A DNA stretch of 64,000 bases. Source: Octopus sinensis (Eukaryota). The stretch is from contig NC_043011.1 of the NCBI RefSeq assembly GCF_006345805.1, positions 12,350,464-12,414,463 of the forward strand, read 5' to 3'. Numbering within the stretch: the stretch's first letter is position 1; every line of letters begins with the position of its first letter. Positions 52,147-64,000 of the stretch are shown here, piece after piece. The position numbers and the translations under genes were made by a program. The notes beneath the pieces are model-generated. The model was not told the DNA's origin and made no database searches. It worked only from the letters and a program-made list of their open reading frames with translations.

Positions 52147-52524
52147 TACTCTTTACTCTTTTACTTGTTTCAGTCATTTTGACTGCAGCCATGCTGGAGC
52201 ACCGCCTTTAGTCGAGCAACTCGACCCCGGGACTTATTCTTTGTAAGCCCAGTACTTATTCTATCGGTCTCTTTTGCCGAACCGCTAAGTGACGGGGACA
52301 TAAACACACCAGCATCGGTTGTCAAGCAATGCTAGGGGGACAAACACAGACACACAAACATACACGCACATATATATATATATACATATATACAATGGGC
52401 TTCTTTCAGTTTCTGTCTACCAAATCCACTCACAAGGCTTAGGTCGGCCCGAGGCTATAGTATAAGACACTTGCCCAAGGTGCCACGCAGTGGGACTGAA
52501 CCCGGAACCATGTGGTTGGTAAAG
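52147..52524 (-). mobile_element. SINE family A
   Basis: Near full length. Confidence 0.9.
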
Positions 52525-53267
52525 AAGCTGTGTTTATTTATTTATACTTGTACATGATATTTAATACTATGGAGAAATTTTCTACTACACTGAAAATTTT
52601 GTTTAAAGCTGTCACAAGCTATCACTTTTGGTGACTTTGGTTAATTTCGAGAAATTAACACTTTATCTCACAAAATGAATTAATATATGCTTAGGAGAAA
52701 GTATGTCTGATCTGTGTTTAAAGCAAGAGACAATAATAGATATGTTTTGATTTATTGGGCTTCATCAGTCTAACAAAGTCTGTTTGATCAATTCAAAATA
52801 GTTTATATGCTTAGAAAACTGTATATTGACCAAAAACTATTCATAAGTCTTTTATTTGTAAAAATCTATCAGTATTCAGTACTTTGTTATTTAAATTAAT
52901 TTCCTATATTTATGCCATTGACCCCAACTGAGTTTTTCCCTCAGCTCATGATTACATTATTAATTTTGATATCTTGAAATCACGAAATTCAATGCTCCAT
53001 AGCAACAATGCACTTACCAACACATACGCAGTAGGAACACTGCTTCCAGCATTTGATCACCTATGAAATACACACAATCTATTTCAAAATCTTTGCTACA
53101 ACTTTCTTGAGCAGAGTAAAAACTGTATGAAACCCGACCTGTACCAACAAATATGCAGAAAATAATAAAAATCCTCAGTCAAACAATTGAAATGCACATA
53201 AAACACCTGAAAAATCTAGGGCCATCATCATAATCCTCAGTAATATCCATATTAAAACCTTTGTTAA

Positions 53268-53489
53268 CCCTTTCATTACCGTATTTATTTTGAGATACTC
53301 TGTGTTTCTTTCAATAAATTTTAAATATAACAAAGAATTTAGTAAAATAACTTAGTTGTCATTAAGCTAGTATTAGGAATATAAATTGTGACTAAGGTTT
53401 GGTGGTATATTTTGATGCAAAACTTATGAAAACAAGACATTTGTACTACAGAACCAGAGCCAGTTTCAGCCGGGTTGGTAACGAAAGGG
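53268..53489 (+). mobile_element. piggyBac-like MITE (same family)
   Basis: TTAA|CCCTTTCATTACC...GGTAACGAAAGGG|TTAA, similar throughout to 26935-27154. Confidence 0.85.
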
Positions 53490-53680
53490 TTAAACTTATT
53501 ACAGGAATTGTACATGAAAAAATGAAACATAAAAACTTTCATACCACAGATATTACAATAAATAACCATTAACAGAAAATGATTATTGATAGAATCATCA
53601 AAATACTACAGATCTGTAAAGGCCTAACCAATCAGAGCTGACCTGAGGCTAAACAAGAACAGCATTGACATGAGATATAA

Positions 53681-54101
53681 TACCTATTTCTTTACTACCC
53701 ACAAGGTGCTAAACACAGAGGAGATTTACAAGGACAGACAAACGGATTAAGTTGATTACATTGACTTCATTGTATAACTGGTACTTAATTTATCGACCCC
53801 GAAATGATGAAAGGCAAAGTCAGCCTCGGTGGAATTTGAACTCAGAATGTAATGGCAGACGAAATACCTATTTCTTTACTACCCACAAGGGGCTAAACAC
53901 AGAGGAGATAAACAAGGACAGACAAACGGATTAAGTCGATTACATTGACCCCAGTGCGTAACTGGTACTTAATTTATCGACCCCAAAAGGATGAAAGGCG
54001 AAGTCTACCTCGGCGGAATTTGAACTCAGAATGTAACGGCAGACGAAATACCACTAAGCATTTCGCCCGGTGTGCTAACGTTTCTGCCAGCTCACCGCCT
54101 T
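53681..54101 (-). mobile_element. SINE family B head-to-tail dimer
   Basis: Same junction as 46484-46891, at about 53865. Confidence 0.88.
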
Positions 54102-54570
54102 TATATAAAATATAATATATCTTATCGCCGCATGAGATATAATACAGTAGACCTGATACAATTCCTGCATCTTAGATATCAGAAGGAATCAGCACAGCTA
54201 TAGTTTTCAGTTGTACCATTGTTATCAGCTCAACTACAACAGAGTTGCTCAGAACATCACCAAAGGAACTAAACTTGATTGTCATGTAAAAGTTGACCAC
54301 ATTTGCTGGAGTAAATTCACTCGAGAGGTTGAAAAGGTTGAATATCTGATCAAAATGAAGAGAATGACTTTAACTAATCATTTAATTAGAAAAATAGATA
54401 CAATATACATTATCAGGGTGAAATTAAAACTAAGTAACTCATTATCACTGTTGCTATAATACTCCTTAAACCTTAATGAATCATTTAAATACCTCAAACA
54501 TGGCACCGTTTCCAGACATGATATAATGTAATAAAGAAACCGATAAATAACCATTCCAGGAAGGAGACAA

Positions 54571-54849
54571 TTTTTTTAAAATTGTTTTTTTAATCACGGT
54601 TTTAAAATATGGACAGTCTGAATCTACAATTTATTTCTGTTTATAATTTGAAAATAATTATAATTATTTTCAAATTATAGACAAACAAATTATCAGATGA
54701 AAAGATGTGTGATTTAAGGCAGATTTAACTGTTGTTTCTAGCACATCTCATGACCACCTGGTACCTCCCTCGTTTCTTTGTCCCTCTGATGTGTGTTGAT
54801 GTTTTCCAATAGTTTTGAAAATACACTTAGCTGAATACCTGCAGCTCAC

Positions 54850-54893
<44 letters not shown>

Positions 54894-55414
54894 GCGCATG
54901 CACACACACACATGCACGCACACAGACTCGTTTGGTACAGAGCGGATGAAAACTTCAAATTGCAAATTTTTTTGTTGTTGTTTAAATCCCAGCAATGAAC
55001 CCATCCTCGAATTAAACAAAACTATTGCTTCTACCTCATCATTCCATAAAATGTGTTTTGCGGGGAGAAAACTATTGAAAAGATATTAATACACATCAGA
55101 GGGACAAAGTAACGAGGGAGGTACCAGGTGGTCATGAGATGTGCTAGAAACAACAGTTAAATCTCCCTTAAATCACACATCTTTTCATCTGATAATTTGT
55201 TTCTGTTTACAATTTGAAAATAATTATAATTATTTTCAAATTATAAACATAGGCATAGGAGTGGCTGTGTGGTAAGTAGCTTGCTTACGAGCCACATGGT
55301 TCTGGGTTCAGTCCCACTGCGTGGCACCTTGGGCAAGTGTCTTCTACTATCGCCTCGTGCCGACCAAAGCCTTGTGAGTGGATTTGGTAGATGGAAACTG
55401 AAAGAAGCCATGCG

Positions 55415-55445
<31 letters not shown>

Positions 55446-55720
55446 ATATATTTGCGTGTCTGTGTTTGTTCCCGCAACATCGCTTGACAACCGATGCTGG
55501 TGTGTTTACGTCCCCGTAACTTAGTGGTTCGGCAAAAGAGACCGATAGAATAAGTACTAGGCTTACAAAGAATAAGTCCTGGGGTCGATTTGCTCGACTA
55601 AAAGGCGCTACTCCAGCATGGCCACAGTCAAATGACTGAAACAAGTAAAAGAGCAGAAACAAATTGTAGATTCAGACTGTCCATATTTTAAAACCGGGAT
55701 TAAAAAAACAATTTGAAAAA
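54571..55720. mobile_element. MITE-like element with ~230-bp TIRs, right TIR split by a SINE
   Basis: 54571-54796 is inverted at 55089-55250 plus 55653-55720. Each TIR contains the palindrome aatttgaaaataattataattattttcaaatt. Confidence 0.8.
55252..55652 (+). mobile_element. SINE family A inserted in a MITE TIR
   Basis: Full length, splits the TIR at ttataaac|agaaac. Confidence 0.9.
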
Positions 55721-56430
55721 ACCCCAGACATTTTAGGATTTAAGGGGAGGAGGAATTTTAAATTTCACTATTGTTTTTGAATTACATTTCATTTTCTGTT
55801 TAAAAATAAAGGAAGTGGGGATTGTAATGGTGATCACCAATTTCCAAAAAAAATTTTTTTTTTACCAGACAAGGCTTCCCCATCGTTTTTAACAGCATAA
55901 GGAAGAAAAAAAAGGGCTAAAATTTATACTGAGAGTTGAAAAAATTCACATATTTTCAAGATTGTTTTTTTTTTCTTTGTTACAGAAAAGGCATTTCCCA
56001 TTGTTTTCAAGTGTGTGGTGCAAAAACAATTCAACAAATTCGGTCCAGAAGGGGTGGGGTGGGTGTAATCATAAATTTTCAAAATTTTTTTTGTAATAAG
56101 CTTCCCTCCATCGTTTGCAAGGATGGGGTAAAAAACATAAAAGCTGAACAATCCCTGTCAAAACAGGAAATCCAATTTATGTGGGTGTGGTATTCCAAAA
56201 GTCCACTGAGGCATTCTATTACTCTTTTACTTGTTTCAGTCATCTGACTGTGGCCATGCTGGAGCACTGCCTTTAGTCGAGCAAATTGACCCCAGGACTT
56301 ATTCTTTGTAAGCCTAGTACTTATTCTATCGGCCTCTTTTGCCAAACTGCTAAGTTACGGGGACGTAAACACACCAACATCGGTTGTCAAGCGATGTTGG
56401 GGGGACAAATACAGACACACAAACACAAAC

Positions 56431-57195
<765 letters not shown>

Positions 57196-57728
57196 ATACG
57201 ACAGGCTTCTTTCAGTTTCCGTCTACCAAATCCACTCACAAGGCATTGGTCGGCCCGAGGCTATAGAAGAAGACACTTGCCCAAGGTGCCATGTGGTTTG
57301 TAAGCAAGCTACTTACCACACAGCCACTCCTGCACCTATTGTAAAAAAAAATTTTTTTTCATATAAAGCTTGCCCCTTCATTTACAAGGGTGTGGTGAAA
57401 TAAAATCTTGAAAAATCTCCATCAAAACTGATAAAATCCAACTTTTCTAACCCAAATTTTCTAACTATCAGGCTATCCTTCTGAAAGGAAAATGGTTTCT
57501 GTTTATCTGAAATGAAATTACTGTCTGTATTTGTCCTCCACTGAAATCCATTTCTTGTTCATGCTTAAAATTACCCCTCCTACATCTATACCGTATATTA
57601 AACCTTAGACTTCATAATAAATATTTTTCACACAGAAACATCGCATTCGTGAAAATCTTGTCTTAACGTGGAATTTCGTTGTGCAAAACCCATACAAATT
57701 TGGAACATGGAGATAAATGATGATGATT

Positions 57729-57760
<32 letters not shown>

Positions 57761-57968
57761 GGTGGTGGTGGTAGTGGTGGTGGCGGCGGTGGTGATTTTT
57801 TTCCCTTTGACTTCCAAGTTGCATAACATGGAAATCATAACAGCCTTGAATAAGCAGAAGTATTCCAGCCTTAATGATTTTAGCATTGTTTATCTATAAC
57901 GACTATTTGTAACGAGTTAAGCAATTCTGTAGAGGCACTCTCACTAAGTTAACATCTTTTAGTTATTC

Positions 57969-58366
57969 ACTAGCAGTATCGCCTGGCGTTGCTTGGGTTT
58001 GTAAGGGAAATAACTATATAAGCATTTTTAGAGAGTTATAGCCAAAAAATAGCAAAAAAATGCATTAAAAATTGAAAAAAAATTAAGGTAAATTATTTTT
58101 TTAAATCGTTGGCACATCGTAGATATTTTTAGAGAGTTACTTCCCTTATATAAAAGCGAAAAAAATGCATTAAAATGGAAAAATATGATGGTAATTTTTT
58201 TTAAATCGTAGACTCATCGTAGACGCGCGCTAATACCCAGAAGGGCTCGATATGAATCACGACTATAAGATACCCGCTTTTGGTTAAACTGCACCGCAAA
58301 ATGTGGGAGTAGTTACGAATCTAAATCATAGGAGACAGACACACAACTTCACTCTTATATAAAGAT
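57969..58366 (+). mobile_element. Helitron/HINE-like non-autonomous element
   Basis: Starts actagcagtatcgcctggcgttgcttggg, has an internal ~105-bp tandem duplication and ends cagacacacaacttcactcttatataaagat. Confidence 0.5.
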
Positions 58367-59341
58367 GCTTTTTTTTTCAGTCATAGAGTTAGATATATGA
58401 AGGTCTTCAGTAGAAAATCCTTCGAATTCTGACTCGCTGCTTGATATAATGAAATTCGTATCCATTTTTTGTCAGAATTACAAATTTTGAAAACACAATA
58501 GGAACAAATTTCGGAAAAAAATCTCCCATAATTCACGGAATTAAAATTACACTTCGATTTTTGTACAAAACTTTATTTGAAGTGTTTACGAAGTATAATA
58601 CGTGTTTTCACGAATGTACTAAAGAGATTTACTCTGATATTCTCATTTAAATATGAATAGGTAAATTCAGGCGGTTTGGTAACGAAAGGGTTTATATAAG
58701 TGTCGTCTGTTTATACATAAACACTGTTTCATACTTTCAGTTTAGTCTTCCTCAAATCACTCTGTCACTAATTTACTCTCTTCGAAGAACATTTTCACTC
58801 ACCCTTATCTGTTAGCTTCCCATACATTTTACTCATGTATCTATCAGCGTGATAGACAGAAACAAATATTACATCTAGTTTCACTTTATTCGTTGCACAC
58901 TGTGTGTGTGCGTTTGCGTGTGCTGTAAACCAGACTAAGAAAAGCATTTGACATACACACCAGAATGTGAGTTTTCTGTAAATTTTGCTTAATTGGAGTT
59001 TAAATTTTTAAAATTGGACCTGGCATGACCCGATGCATTCTACTCTTAAAATGCTAGGTAAATTGTAATTAAAGAAATCCTATATTGTAGATTTCTATAA
59101 CTTACAAAGGGAGGCAGATAAAATCTGCCTTTTATAATAAGAGATATGTGCACAAGTTAATAAGATATAACTAACTAATGTTGGAAAACAAGAAACTCAA
59201 AGTATAGGATAAGTTAGCAGGTCAAAAGAAATCCTGTGTTAGAACTTTTGAGAGGTGAATGTCATGCATGGAGTATGAAAAGAAATTCAACAGTTTTGCT
59301 TGCCTTAAAAGAATCCTGATAATCCAGCTGTTTTAACATAA

Positions 59342-59683
59342 TCCCTACATATATAAACGGCAAAATGTCTGCGTGTGTGTCCTTTATACAAATCCACAAT
59401 TTTTTAGTTAGTGGGCTCGCACTTTCTATGGTCATTCAAAACTGTCCAAGGGTGGTCGTGCACATCTTTACATTTCCCCAGTCACCCCGCAAAGCCATTG
59501 AAAAATCAATAGAAGTGACTTTTTTGTGAATTTTCTATCCAAAAGCCAATCAAAATGCCCGAAACTTGATACGCCAATTGAATGCCAGCTAGCTGTATGT
59601 GATTGGTCGGAGATTTGGACAGTACTCGCGTGTATGTGCACACACATGCAGCTGTATATGCATGCACTAGCACTAGTGCTAGT
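59342..59683 (+). mobile_element. Helitron-like non-autonomous element
   Basis: 5' TC, 3' CTAG preceded by T-insertion context, terminal palindrome CTAGCACTAGTGCTAG (59667-59682). Confidence 0.45.
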
Positions 59684-59807
59684 TATAATATAAAGTCCTT
59701 TTACAAGCAAATCTTCTTACCCTACAAACTCTAGTCAGGTATTGCTGACTTCATAATTAATGGTCTCAGTAAATGTAAGTATATCAAAAATGAAAAATCA
59801 AAATCAA

Positions 59808-60344
59808 ATTCGATGACTGGTGTCCGTGCTAGCGGGGTGGAAAGAGCACCATACGAGTGTGATCGTTGACAGAGCGGCTAACCGGCTTCCGTGCCAGTGG
59901 CACTTAAAAGGCACCATTCGAGCGTGATCAGCGTCGCACTACTGGCACTCGTGCCCTGTGCTAGTAGGGTATTAAGAGCACCATCCGAGCGTGATCATTG
60001 CCAGAGCGGCCATCTGGCCTCCGTGCTGGTGGCACGTAAAAAACACCATTCGAGTGTGATCGTCACCCGCATTGCCTTACTGGCACCCGCACCGGTGGCA
60101 TGTGTAAAAGATTTGAGTGAGGTCATTGCCAGTGCTGCCTGACTAGCCCTCATGTCGGTGGCACGTAAGAACACCCACTACACTCACGGAGTGGTTGGCG
60201 TTAGGAAGGGCATCCAGCTGTAGAAACTCTGCCAGATCAGATTGGAGTCTGGTGCAGCCATCTGGTTCGCCAGTCGTGTCAAATCGTCCAACCCATGCTA
60301 GCATGGAAAGCGGACGTTAAACGACGATGATGATGATGATGATG
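59808..60344 (+). mobile_element. Family C retroposon with a long ~65-bp minisatellite array
   Basis: Five units carrying caccattcgagcgtgatc-like motifs, then the 3' core and (GAT)n. Confidence 0.85.
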
Positions 60345-61268
60345 TAAGTATATCCATCCTCAACCAACAAAGAAAAGCAATTGTTTAAAACGACATCAGT
60401 AGCAGCAACAGTGATGACAATAATTTTGAATACCGAATGCAAAACGAAGTTACTAATTCTATGAAATGACACATAGAAAGTGAAATGTGGCACGTATGTA
60501 TATATACATGCCACATTTCAATAAATGGTAGTAATAGATAAGTAGTTATGGACTGTAGAATATTCGAAGGAAAACAATTTAAACAGATGAGGATTGTTTG
60601 GAAAGCAAACTTTCAGAAGGAAGTATAAATGCAAAGAGCTTTTGGAAACATTCAATTAGTCCAACCATCTGTCGAAAAGAAAGCTGTTTAATGAACTGGT
60701 CTTTCAATTAACTTTAAGCTGATTAAACTGTAGAACCACAAATAATTCTCTTGTGTGTAGTTCCTTTATTCGATTTCACCATATTTATTTATGCCATATA
60801 TTCTGTCTTTGTGCAGCATGGATCTCACTTGCAGGCCAATATGCCAAATAACATATTCTACCTTTAAATTCAATGATGGAATTGTTCTATGAAACAACAG
60901 AAGACATTGGAGTTATTCGTAGAACTGGTAATAATGGTTACAAGTGAAATCATTAGTTGGCAGCAAAACCTTAATAGCTGTAGACATTGAGAGAATTTAT
61001 TGCTCTCGGGGGAAAAAATCTAGAATAAATGTATATCAATGAAACCTATTTCCAGAATAATAAGGCTTTCTGAATAAATCTAATGTTTTATGAGCCAGAC
61101 AAAATACTGGAGGATCGTTACAAAGATATTAATATTACTTGATGACTTTATAATGTCAAAACAGAAAAGCAAAAGAAAAACCGTTAGTAACATTAATGAC
61201 AACTTTAATGACAAGACACATACTGTAGAAAGACATCATCAAAGATCACATCAGAGAAATTAGTAACC

Positions 61269-61706
61269 GGATCTTTTCAGTTTGATCGGCAGTTTTTAAC
61301 ATAATTTCTAGGTAGCTAAAAAATTTTTAACTTTGTATATTGGTAGAATGTGTTTATAAAACATCTTTTTCTCTTGGCTTTATTGAGAAAATTCTATAGT
61401 TTGTAAGATATTTGTTGTTTTTTTTTTCTTCAATTTCTGCAATTTCAACCAATCAGTAACGTCTATTGAGGTAAAAAAAAGCATTCTGTGCCGTATGAAT
61501 ATGTCCCTCGTTTAAGAAACAGATTGGGTTTATTTACATTTGTGAAGAGAAAAAGATACCCTTCCCCCCACCCCTAACCCTAACCCTAACTAACCCTAAC
61601 CCTAAAACAGATTGAAATGCAATAGATCGATACTAGGGTCATAATTATGGGTGACAATTTCATATGACACCGCTAGAAAAAACTGCCTTTCAAACCGAAA
61701 AGATCC
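61269..61706 (+). mobile_element. MITE of the same family with an 8-bp TSD
   Basis: Same TIRs, flanked by tagtaacc / tggtaacc (hAT-type 8 bp). Internal (CCCTAA)n. Confidence 0.9.
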
Positions 61707-62326
61707 TGGTAACCAACAAACTAACAAGACCTATAATATCACTACAGAAAACATTACTACTTACTAACATTATTTTTACTTTGTGAACATTATTATATAC
61801 TATTATACTATTCCAGTCACAAAGCAATCTGAACACAAATTTGAGATTTTCTTTCATACATTGTGAACTGAACAAACTGTTTATGATTCTTAAACTTTTA
61901 TAGAAATCATTCAAACAGTCAAGCAACTAATTAATATAAATGTCAAATTATTTCAGCAGCTTGCGTCACACTAGTCTAACATCTCTGTCTGATCAAAACA
62001 TTCAAAACATTCAACAGTGGAACATTCTGATTATATAATGGATAAAGCTCTTTATAATTACAAATTGTAATTGAAATCCTCTGAGTTTATTCTTTTGTAT
62101 CTCGAAAAGTAGGGGTGATAGTCTCACCCCTACTTTTGGAAATACAACACAACTCTTTATATATTGATGTTGCTAATTAAGTTTCACCTTACATCTTAAT
62201 GCATTACAAGTTAGATGTATTTTGGGGTGTATTTTGGGTACTGATTCCAAATATACCATTGATTTTGCTATTTCAGTTCTAGTTTTGGAGATACAACATA
62301 CCCCTTTTGTATATTGATATATCCAC

Positions 62327-62933
62327 GGCTCAGAGACCTGGATCACTTACCGCAGTCACATCCGTCTCCTCAAGCGCTTCCACCAGCAATGTCTCCGCAC
62401 CATCCTCAACATTCACTGGAGTGACTTCGTCACAAACATTGCGGTCTTGGAGCGGGCCGAGATCCCCAGCATTGAAGTCATGCTACTGAAGTACCACCTC
62501 CGATGGGCAGGGCATGTCTCCAGAATGGAGAACCATCACCTTCCAAAGATTGCCCTGTTTGGCAAACTCTCCACCGGCCACCGAATGAGAGGAGCTCCGA
62601 GGAAGCGCTACAAAGACTGCCTCCAAGAAGTCTCAAACAGCATGTCATATTAACCACCAATGCTGGTCAGACCTGGCTGCGGACCGTGATGTCTGGCGCC
62701 ACATGATCTTCAACACAGTCAGCACGATTGAGGAACAAAGAAGAGACACACTTAAAGACAAGAGACACAGGAGGAAGGCGCGAGCCGCCTCTGACACCAC
62801 ACCGGATATTACCTTCATCTGTGGACACTGCTCACAGACCTGCCTTTCCGATATTGGACTTGTAAGTCATGAGCGTGCATGCACGCGACGTGGACAGCCT
62901 TCCTGATCTTCGTTCGCAAAGCCAAGCCGTGCC
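62327..62933 (+). mobile_element. 5'-truncated RTE (BovB-like) LINE
   Basis: GSETWITYRSHIRLLKRFHQQCLRTIL...LRWAGHVSRM...RGAPRKRYKD and C-terminal CGHCSQTCLSDIGLVSHERAC. Flanked by the 8-bp direct repeat atatccac (62319-62326, 62934-62941). Confidence 0.9.
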
Positions 62934-63201
62934 ATATCCACATATATCAATTAGGGACATCATTTGCACCATAATTTAGACCTACTTTTCAGTAAATTTT
63001 TGAGTGCTGATACCAAAAATGGCCCCAGTTTTGCCCTGTTAGTTCCAACTAATTAATGATTTATATTTTGATACAAATGTAACAACAATATTAATGGTAT
63101 TAGTTACAGTACATACTTTTAAGTCAAACACTTGCTACTAAATCAATCTATTTCAATACTAAAGTTTAGACTTTAAACTTTTGTATTGAAATAAACTGAT
63201 T

Positions 63202-63747
63202 TAGTGGTTCCCAAACTTTTTAGAGTCGCAACCCACTATTTATCACACCAGTTTACGACGACCCACTTAACTCTACTGAGTAAAAACATTAATGAAATTA
63301 ACAAATTTATTTCAGACTACATCTTCAGTGAGGCGTGTGAGAAGGATGAGCCTGTTTCTTGCTACGCTCAATAATAGAATTAACATCGGGTTCAATGTGT
63401 GATAGTTTCAGGTGTAAAGAATTTGAGAGTTGCAGTTTATTTCGATATTTGCTTTTAATCCCAACCCTTGCTGAAAATCCAGCTTCACAAATGTAAGATG
63501 ACGTGAAAGGGAGAAGTACTTTTAATGGTTCGGTGGAAATGATTGGGTACCTCTGATTTGTTAAGTTCGTGAAAAAGCCTACTGCTTGATAAAACAACAA
63601 GTCTGGTATTGAAAACATAAGTCTTGAACTATCTCAATAGACAGCAGTTAATCAAAGCTAATGCGTAATTTTATAACTTTTTGCGACCCACTAAGATTCC
63701 GTTCGTGACCCATCTGTGGGTTGCGACTCATAGTTTGTGAACCACTG
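63202..63747 (-). mobile_element. Internally deleted hAT (Charlie/Buster-like) transposon
   Basis: TIRs agtggttcccaaac / gtttgtgaaccactg. ORF 63325-63618 encodes the hAT dimerisation region LLPFTSSYICEAGFS...KSKYRNKL. Confidence 0.85.
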
Positions 63748-64000
63748 GTTTAGAGTAGAGACACTAAGCAAAGAAGGTGTCTGTTTTGATGACTTCTGAA
63801 GTAAATTCCTTGGACTGAATTCATAAACGTTTAATGTGGTCTTTTTTTTTCTCTCTATTTAGTAATCAAAAACCTTCTTGACAACTTCTATTAATTCGGG
63901 GTGATAACAATCCTGAATTAGCAGAAGACCATGCTCTTCAATTTTAACAATCTTGGCTGTAACATGAGTATCAATATCCATTCTCTCCACATTTAGATTG

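Noticed and set aside
59826-60170. CRISPR-like repeat-spacer appearance
   Set aside because: The spacers are homologous to each other, it is part of a eukaryotic retroposon, and there are no cas genes.

Overview
AT-rich, microsatellite- and transposon-dense animal genomic DNA. The SINE families and (TA)n/(AG)n load suggest a coleoid cephalopod such as Octopus (inference). The only host gene I can support is a cAMP-specific phosphodiesterase PDE4 (dunce-like) on the minus strand: one UCR1 exon (34197-34304) that can also be read as part of an extended first exon with a unique N-terminus (ATG at 34525 or 34429). No UCR2 or catalytic exons were found, so most of the window is probably PDE4 intron. 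It holds four SINE families, RTE, R4/Dong, Hero and CR1/L2-like LINE fragments, a deleted Gypsy LTR element (LTR, PBS, gag), a rearranged mariner, hAT and piggyBac-like MITEs, and Helitron/HINE-like elements. The most notable signal is a set of fold-back (inverted-repeat) elements carrying minimal hammerhead ribozyme motifs of the Penelope-like-element (PLE) type. Three copies have intact cores (2827-2917 minus, 4627-4717 plus, 4851-4905 minus), several more have degenerate or variant cores, and a 240-nt multi-hairpin element at 50.4 kb starts with a hammerhead-like U3:A8 core. All folds were checked by eye, not computed.
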